The notes under the pieces are model-generated. The model ran no database searches. It was not told the origin of the DNA and worked only from the letters and a program-made list of their open reading frames with translations. Both the position numbers and the translations under genes were made by a program. From positions 1 to 41,017 of the IMG/VR virus record IMGVR_UViG_3300020541_000004: 41,017 bases of DNA, one strand, 5' to 3'. The first letter of the stretch is position 1. Each line of letters opens with the position of its first letter. This stretch comes from a virus. Lineage: Duplodnaviria; Caudoviricetes. Positions 36,578-41,017 of this stretch are shown here, piece by piece.

Positions 36578-36932
36578 ACTTTAATACTAAAGATGTACTT
36601 CCGTTATCAGTACGTAACTCAAAAGAGTTAATTGGGATGATAAACTCTCCATATTTAACAAGTGTGTCCTTATTAACTGTAAGTTTATCAACAGACTTGG
36701 TTAAATCTGTTTTAACTCTTTTCTTATACTTTCTAGTAACTCTGCCTAGTTGTTTGTAATTAGTTTTCTGCTTACGAACATAAGTGTAAACAGAATATGT
36801 AGTTCTAGACATTTCTGTTGCTAATTGCTTAGCTACTTGTGGATTGAATCTTAGTTCACCGCTGATATACGGCATAAGTTTACTGATTTCTTCATTATTG
36901 AAGAATTTGCTTGGTTTGGTTTTAGTAACCAT
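36561..36932 (-). CDS. Basic hypothetical protein, possible HTH
   Basis: AKQLATEMSRTTYSVYTYV is HTH-like; Lys/Arg-rich. Confidence 0.65.
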   Translation of the reverse strand: MVTKTKPSKFFNNEEISKLMPYISGELRFNPQVAKQLATEMSRTTYSVYTYVRKQKTNYKQLGRVTRKYKKRVKTDLTKSVDKLTVNKDTLVKYGEFIIPINSFELRTDNGSTSLVLKFEKSF

Positions 36933-36965
36933 TGTTTAAATTGTTTAGGATTAATAAATAAATTG

Positions 36966-37427
36966 TTACGCGTTTTCAATAAGAGGTAATAAATCAAGAG
37001 CTTCTTCATAACTATCAGCCCATATGCGATAATCTTTAATGATCCACATGGACTTACCAGTTTTGACATTAATTTCATCAGGTGGAGGACTCATAGGAAT
37101 ACCTTTAGTAGATTTTCCCCACATAGATTCATCATTAACTGTTGCTACAGGAAACCACACGTGACCTGCATGTACACCTTGCATTGTAGGTGTAACTATG
37201 TTGTTTCTAATTAGAAACTCAAGCATACCTTCGTTCTCAGAATAATCTTTAACAAGAACTTCGTTATCCTCTAGCAAAACATTAGGCATGTTTACTGTAG
37301 CAGTAGCATAAGGCATACCATCAGAAACATCAGTTAACTGTATTGCTGTTCTATCATTGTCATACTTTGATAGTTTTACAGACACATCATATGTATTACC
37401 GTGAGCATTTAATTTAAATGTTTTCAT
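36966..37427 (-). CDS. DUF4313-like protein
   Basis: YDNDRTAIQL...GMPYATATVN...VKDYSENEGMLEFL pattern. Confidence 0.6.
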   Translation of the reverse strand: MKTFKLNAHGNTYDVSVKLSKYDNDRTAIQLTDVSDGMPYATATVNMPNVLLEDNEVLVKDYSENEGMLEFLIRNNIVTPTMQGVHAGHVWFPVATVNDESMWGKSTKGIPMSPPPDEINVKTGKSMWIIKDYRIWADSYEEALDLLPLIENA

Positions 37428-37504
37428 TTGAAATGAATTTAGGATGTTAATGGTTAGAACAGTTCCCCTTTGAAGTTATCGCCAGGGCCACCATCCATAT
37501 TTCT

Positions 37505-37627
37505 TTACCAGATTATAATATATTCATGAACCTCTATAAAATGGTTCCACCAGATTGCAAGTGCAGTAACTATTAGTCCAAGTCCTACAACTATTCCTAT
37601 TGTTTCTAATGCTTCAAGCTTTTTCAT
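37505..37627 (-). CDS. Small TM peptide (40 aa)
   Basis: Manual translation MKKLEALETIGIVVGLGLIVTALAIWWNHFIEVHEYIIIW; ATGA overlap with the upstream gene. Confidence 0.5.
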   Translation of the reverse strand: MKKLEALETIGIVVGLGLIVTALAIWWNHFIEVHEYIIIW

Positions 37628-37848
37628 TTTTTTAATGAAATTGAGTATTTAAATGCAGCATCATCAATAGCCTTATAGATAGGTTCTTTAATTGACTTAT
37701 CACTAAAGGCTAGTTCAAGTATTTTATATGCTTCTTTCTTTTTACAGTTATACACCAAGGTGATTACTTTAGTGTTCCATGGGATATCTACAAAGTACCC
37801 CCGCTTTCTTAAAGCTTTCTTTGCTTTCTTTTCAGTAATTTTTTTCAT
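37624..37848 (-). CDS. Small basic hypothetical protein
   Basis: 74-aa ORF directly downstream of the ribozyme array. Confidence 0.6.
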   Translation of the reverse strand: MKKITEKKAKKALRKRGYFVDIPWNTKVITLVYNCKKKEAYKILELAFSDKSIKEPIYKAIDDAAFKYSISLKK

Positions 37849-37884
37849 TTGATTTATTGATTGAGATGGATTTATTAATTATTA

Positions 37885-38134
37885 TCCCTCTGCACTCAGT
37901 TGTAGCATAATGAGGTTTAAATGATATCTATGTAAAAGCCATTCTCTTCATACATAAATATCATCTCATTACGCTACAACTGCTCACCCTTGGGAGCTGA
38001 TTAATTGACGCTGATTTAAGGGTACAGCCAAACCTTAAAATTAATCAGGTGGTTTCACATCTTAGCCTGCAACTACTATCTTGCTCTACATCGTACTAAG
38101 AAGTCTTTATATCCACGTGAGTTGTGGTGCATTA
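37885..38134 (-). ncRNA. Twister-type ribozyme, copy A (120-nt insertion at the P4/L4 junction)
   Basis: U|AA UGCA CC ACAA CUCAC [insert] C UCCCAAGG GUGAG CAGUUGUA...UACAACUG AG UGCA GA GGG A. P2, P4, P5, T1 (CCC/GGG), T2 (CC/GG), A1 and the catalytic G are all present. Confidence 0.7.
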
Positions 38135-38279
38135 TCCCTCTGCACTCAATTGTAATACATTCAAGAACTATGTAATGAACATAGACCATCCTTAGCTACG
38201 TCACACTCTGTACACAAGTGCTTTGGCCCATATGGATATTACAACTGCTCATCCTTGGGAAATGAGTTATGGTGCATTA
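38135..38279 (-). ncRNA. Twister-type ribozyme, copy B
   Basis: U|AA UGCA CC AUAA CUCAU U UCCCAAGG AUGAG CAGUUGUAAU...AUUACAAUUG AG UGCA GA GGG A; predicted cut between 38279 and 38278. Confidence 0.85.
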
Positions 38280-38333
38280 AATAGTAGAGTTTCACTTCGC
38301 ATTATATCTCTACTAAACCCCGCTTCTAGGGTT

Positions 38334-38473
38334 TCCCTCTGCGTTCAGTTGTAATTACTCACACTTGGGGTCTTATTTCCAGAGATGAGGATGCTTACGA
38401 TCTCCTAGTATCTTATGACACTAGTTAGTTTATTACAACTGCCTGTTCTTGGGAAACAGGTTATGACGCATTA
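38334..38473 (-). ncRNA. Twister-type ribozyme, copy C
   Basis: U|AA UGCG UC AUAA CCUGU U UCCCAAGA ACAGG CAGUUGUAAU...AUUACAACUG AA CGCA GA GGG A; compensatory changes relative to B in P2, P4 and T2. Confidence 0.85.
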
Positions 38474-38548
38474 ATTTGTATGTCCATCCTACATGCTTTC
38501 GCATGCATCACGGATGGATTAAGGCACTACGCGGCCACATACAGTTTA

Positions 38549-38818
38549 TTAATACATATCGTGGTAAGGAGTATGATATGTAATTTGGTCTGAACCAGGT
38601 ATATACTTTTCAAACGTTACATCCGTACTCCTAAAGATAGACTTGCCTGTATATTTGTAGACAAGTTTAACCAACCACATAGGATAATCCCATACTCTCC
38701 AACCATTATACATGTATTGTAGTTTGAGGAATAGTAAAGAATAAGTATCTCTAGTGGTAATCCATTCGTAACTAGTGTACGTTGACACTATGTAAGTAGT
38801 CTTTCTGAATATCTTCAT
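38549..38818 (-). CDS. Hypothetical aromatic-rich protein
   Basis: 89-aa ORF upstream of the ribozyme array. Confidence 0.55.
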   Translation of the reverse strand: MKIFRKTTYIVSTYTSYEWITTRDTYSLLFLKLQYMYNGWRVWDYPMWLVKLVYKYTGKSIFRSTDVTFEKYIPGSDQITYHTPYHDMY

Positions 38819-38839
38819 GACGATCTAATTTGGTTTTAA

Positions 38840-38921
38840 TGAGGTCAAATATGACCCCTCCTTAACATAGTAATAAGTATACTATATAGTATCTATGTTA
38901 AAGGGGTCAAATATGACCTCA
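38840..38921. repeat. 82-bp imperfect inverted repeat with two GGTCAAATATGACC sites
   Basis: Identical 14-mers at 38843-38856 and 38905-38918, inner arms ttaacatag/ctatgttaa, and a perfect palindrome atactatatagtat at 38879-38892. Confidence 0.85.
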
Positions 38922-39140
38922 CTAGAAAACTTTATCAAAATACTGTTCATTGTGAACGTAGTATTCACGAGCCGGGAAACTAGCCATCCACCAACCTATA
39001 AATACAGAGTATCCTATGAACCAACCCGGAGTTTGGATAATAACACTGTAAGGATGAAAGAGTAAACCTATGGTGGATAGTAATAGGTAAAACAGAACGA
39101 ATGCACCTACATAGATGCTGATAAGAATGATTGATTTCAT
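38922..39140 (-). CDS. Small two-TM membrane protein
   Basis: Hydrophobic ORF; ATG at 39140 (MKSIIL) preferred. Confidence 0.6.
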   Translation of the reverse strand: MKSIILISIYVGAFVLFYLLLSTIGLLFHPYSVIIQTPGWFIGYSVFIGWWMASFPAREYYVHNEQYFDKVF

Positions 39141-39285
39141 ATGTTTTTGAATGAGGATGGAAAACAAGCACGTAGTTTATGTAAAATGGCCCATCTTGCT
39201 TAAGGATTGGGTTGAAAACTGCCACTCTTACGAGCAGGCTAGAGATACCTTCTGTTGCCAGGCTGGTATTGAGCCCCGATCTTAA

Positions 39286-39627
39286 TCAAATTCCTGCACT
39301 TATCCAGTTGGTTACGGCTTGTGACATGCTAATATTCCTTTGAGAAAGATTCTGTATCTCCTCAAGAGTCATAACATGTACGTCTCCGTATGTATAAATA
39401 CCATGGTCAGGATTAGTAGTGTAGACATCTACAATACCATTATCACCATAGTACTCATCACAGAGTTCCTGAACAAAAAACTTATTGGTGTAAGTTTTAT
39501 AGTTCAGAGAACCGTAACAACGTAAGCATGTAAGATAGAAAAATCCATCTTTATGCTCACGCAACTGGGAACGCAGGTTGAAGATCTTTTCCTCTAAGGA
39601 TTGTATCTCCTGGATCAACTGTTCCAT
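39286..39627 (-). CDS. Hypothetical protein
   Basis: 113-aa ORF with an N-terminal coiled coil. Confidence 0.65.
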   Translation of the reverse strand: MEQLIQEIQSLEEKIFNLRSQLREHKDGFFYLTCLRCYGSLNYKTYTNKFFVQELCDEYYGDNGIVDVYTTNPDHGIYTYGDVHVMTLEEIQNLSQRNISMSQAVTNWISAGI

Positions 39628-39815
39628 TTGTTTTAATAATGTACCTATATGTATGTATATAGGATTACAAGACTTTGCTCAGAGCGCTTGTTATACTGTT
39701 CACCACTGAGGGCTTATTGCAAATGTGACCCGTTACATACCACGTGCTGGTTAGGCTAAGTCTAATAGATAGCATGAACCACATACTAAATCCAACCACA
39801 TCGTGCACAACGTGG

Positions 39816-40043
39816 TTAGTACGCAATTGTATTCATGAACATCTCTTTCTCTTTTTCCCACTGTTCTATGACTACTGAGATGACATCATTGATAGCAGAC
39901 AACTCATCCTCACTTACGTCAGGATCATGTATTACTATGTTGCTAAATGATGTAAGACTAACCTCAAGACCTATAGAGGTAAGTCTTTTTATAATCTCAG
40001 GTGTTACACTGTGATTGTCTGGATGTATTTTGATTACATGCAT
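39816..40043 (-). CDS. Hypothetical protein
   Basis: ORF track starts at 40136; ATG at 40043 (MHVIKI) preferred. Confidence 0.55.
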   Translation of the reverse strand: MHVIKIHPDNHSVTPEIIKRLTSIGLEVSLTSFSNIVIHDPDVSEDELSAINDVISVVIEQWEKEKEMFMNTIAY

Positions 40044-40143
40044 AGTATATAGCCATATTATCCGCGGCAAACGGTTGGAAAAGTGAGGAACAAGACAAGA
40101 TAAAGAATGTAAGGGAGGTGGTCCTACCCCCCTCACACTCAGT

Positions 40144-40296
40144 CTAATAACTAATTACAACCAGCACTTTCTGGTTTAATCCTGGCATAATTCTAGCCAA
40201 TCTAAGTTTCAGGTTAATGAAACGTAGTTTAATGTATGCATACCAATTACGGAATACTTCCCAGGTAGCAAACATTAGTGTCTTAGATCTTTTCAT
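40144..40296 (-). CDS. Small basic hypothetical protein (50 aa)
   Basis: Manual translation MKRSKTLMFATWEVFRNWYAYIKLRFINLKLRLARIMPGLNQKVLVVISY. Confidence 0.4.
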   Translation of the reverse strand: MKRSKTLMFATWEVFRNWYAYIKLRFINLKLRLARIMPGLNQKVLVVISY

Positions 40297-40498
40297 GGGA
40301 TCATAAGTTTAAATTGATGGATTAAACAAATTAAGTTTTTCCTTTACTACACCCAGTAGGGTTACAGGTTGACAAGTGCCCACCTGTCAACTCCTGTTAT
40401 TACATACTCTCACACCTATTACGCTACTGCTATCACCTAGAGCGTAAGCCTGCTTTGTGCAGGTACATCGAATATGTAATAAAGGGAAGGCTCCCTAA

Positions 40499-40765
40499 TT
40501 AAAGGGATGCCTTCGTGGTGAGAGGGCTAGTGCCGTCTCCGCTCGTGTTGACTAAACACGCATCTTCCAAGACTCCGTCAGGAATAAGGAAGGCCATCCG
40601 CCCGTCAGCGTCTATGTTCTGCTGGCAACGGAAAAACTCGCCATCACCTGTGAGGACGGAGAGTTTGTTGGTCTTAGCATTATGCACGATCTCTAGAGAG
40701 GAAGTACCGATTGCTTTCTTAAATTGTGCAATGCTAAGGAAGGTTACTGTTAAGGACTTTTTCAT
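40499..40765 (-). CDS. Hypothetical protein, first gene of the minus-strand arm; GC-rich
   Basis: ATG at 40765 (MKKSLT); FLSIAQFK...LEIVHNAKTNKLSV...DACLVN. Confidence 0.65.
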   Translation of the reverse strand: MKKSLTVTFLSIAQFKKAIGTSSLEIVHNAKTNKLSVLTGDGEFFRCQQNIDADGRMAFLIPDGVLEDACLVNTSGDGTSPLTTKASL

Positions 40766-40926
40766 GATGCGAAAAGGTTTAAGTTTGTAAAATAATTTCA
40801 ACTGCTGACCATAAGGGGGTAGGCGGCAGCTTCAGAAGAGGGTGGGGTTCCTTCACGGTGTATCCCTTACAACCTCTATTATAATAACTATGGGGGGTGT
40901 AAATTAGGTGGGTAAAAAAAATAAAT

Positions 40927-40958
40927 TTTGCTTGGTTGAATTTTTATAAATAAATTTG
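40927..40958 (+). promoter_or_regulatory. Bacteroidota-type promoter pointing out of the window
   Basis: TTTG (40927-40930)-N20-TAAATTTG (40951-40958) matches the -33/-7 consensus. Confidence 0.7.
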
Positions 40959-41017
40959 TTAAGTTTAAACCTGATAACCTACTTATACTAATTATGATAC
41001 ACACATGTAATATACAT

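Noticed and set aside
38049-38116. Possible hammerhead in the copy A insert (GAAAC next to CUGAU on the minus strand)
   Set aside because: No CUGANGA core and no correctly placed UH cleavage triplet.
38162-38172. 11-nt complementarity between the copy B cargo (caagaactatg) and 35376-35386 (catagttcttg)
   Set aside because: Short, AT-rich and compatible with chance; both segments also appear to be engaged in local stems.
37885-38473. CRISPR array interpretation of the repeated tccctctgc...cagttgta / tacaactgc...ttggga motifs
   Set aside because: The repeats are bipartite, covary as RNA stems, have irregular periods and no cas genes are nearby; a twister fold explains them.
38484-38518. Group II intron domain V-like hairpin with a GAAA loop
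   Set aside because: It lacks a properly paired AGC/CGC triad and bulge; there are no other intron domains or maturase.
25842-40790. Remaining overlapping ORFs (25842..26093, 28436..28758, 31068..31274, 31432..31671, 36851..37078, 38980..39225, 39340..39525, 40515..40790)
   Set aside because: Antisense or off-frame shadows of called genes.
1-41017. Stop-codon reassignment, as seen in some Bacteroidota phages
   Set aside because: Long genes are intact in code 11, coding density is high, and TAG and TGA end genes at sensible positions (e.g. TAG at 19049).
1-41017. tRNA genes, integrase, transposase, reverse transcriptase/DGR, introns or inteins
   Set aside because: No cloverleaf with a T-loop consensus was seen by eye, there are no such protein motifs, and PolB, helicases and NrdB are uninterrupted. 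A tRNAscan run would be needed to fully exclude tRNAs.

Overview
AT-rich, gene-dense fragment of a dsDNA phage genome. The host is most likely a Bacteroidota (Flavobacteria-like) species: there are TTTG-N19/20-TAnnTTTG promoters, a class Id-type RNR beta subunit and a T9SS-like domain. The standard genetic code fits throughout. Most genes are on the minus strand and form an early/replication arm: RNR alpha (partial) and beta, HAD phosphatase, metallophosphoesterase, a spore-photoproduct-lyase-like radical SAM enzyme, dNMP kinase, a DUF932-like protein, PolB, a PD-(D/E)XK nuclease, HNH nucleases, primase, an SSB-like protein, an AAA ATPase, a DnaB-like helicase, a stand-alone DnaA domain IV, a RavA/ViaA-like pair, UDG and an SF2 helicase. 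A plus-strand island (16877-25646) carries a lysis cassette with a GH19 endolysin, followed by an eight-gene cell-envelope module: two CsgG-like proteins, a cohesin/dockerin-like secreted protein, a lipoprotein with a T9SS-CTD-like domain, small membrane proteins and a Ser/Ala-linker beta-barrel protein. The strongest non-coding signal is a tandem array of three twister-type self-cleaving ribozyme cores on the minus strand (37885-38473). The cores show compensatory base changes, each carries a different structured insert in P5, one has a 120-nt insertion next to its pseudoknot loop, and two are fused exactly head-to-tail. Other non-coding signals are a ~440-nt multi-domain structured RNA candidate (35145-35590), an 82-bp inverted repeat with twin GGTCA-N4-TGACC sites, and several multi-stem intergenic elements. 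All calls come from manual motif and pairing inspection; no database search or folding program was run.
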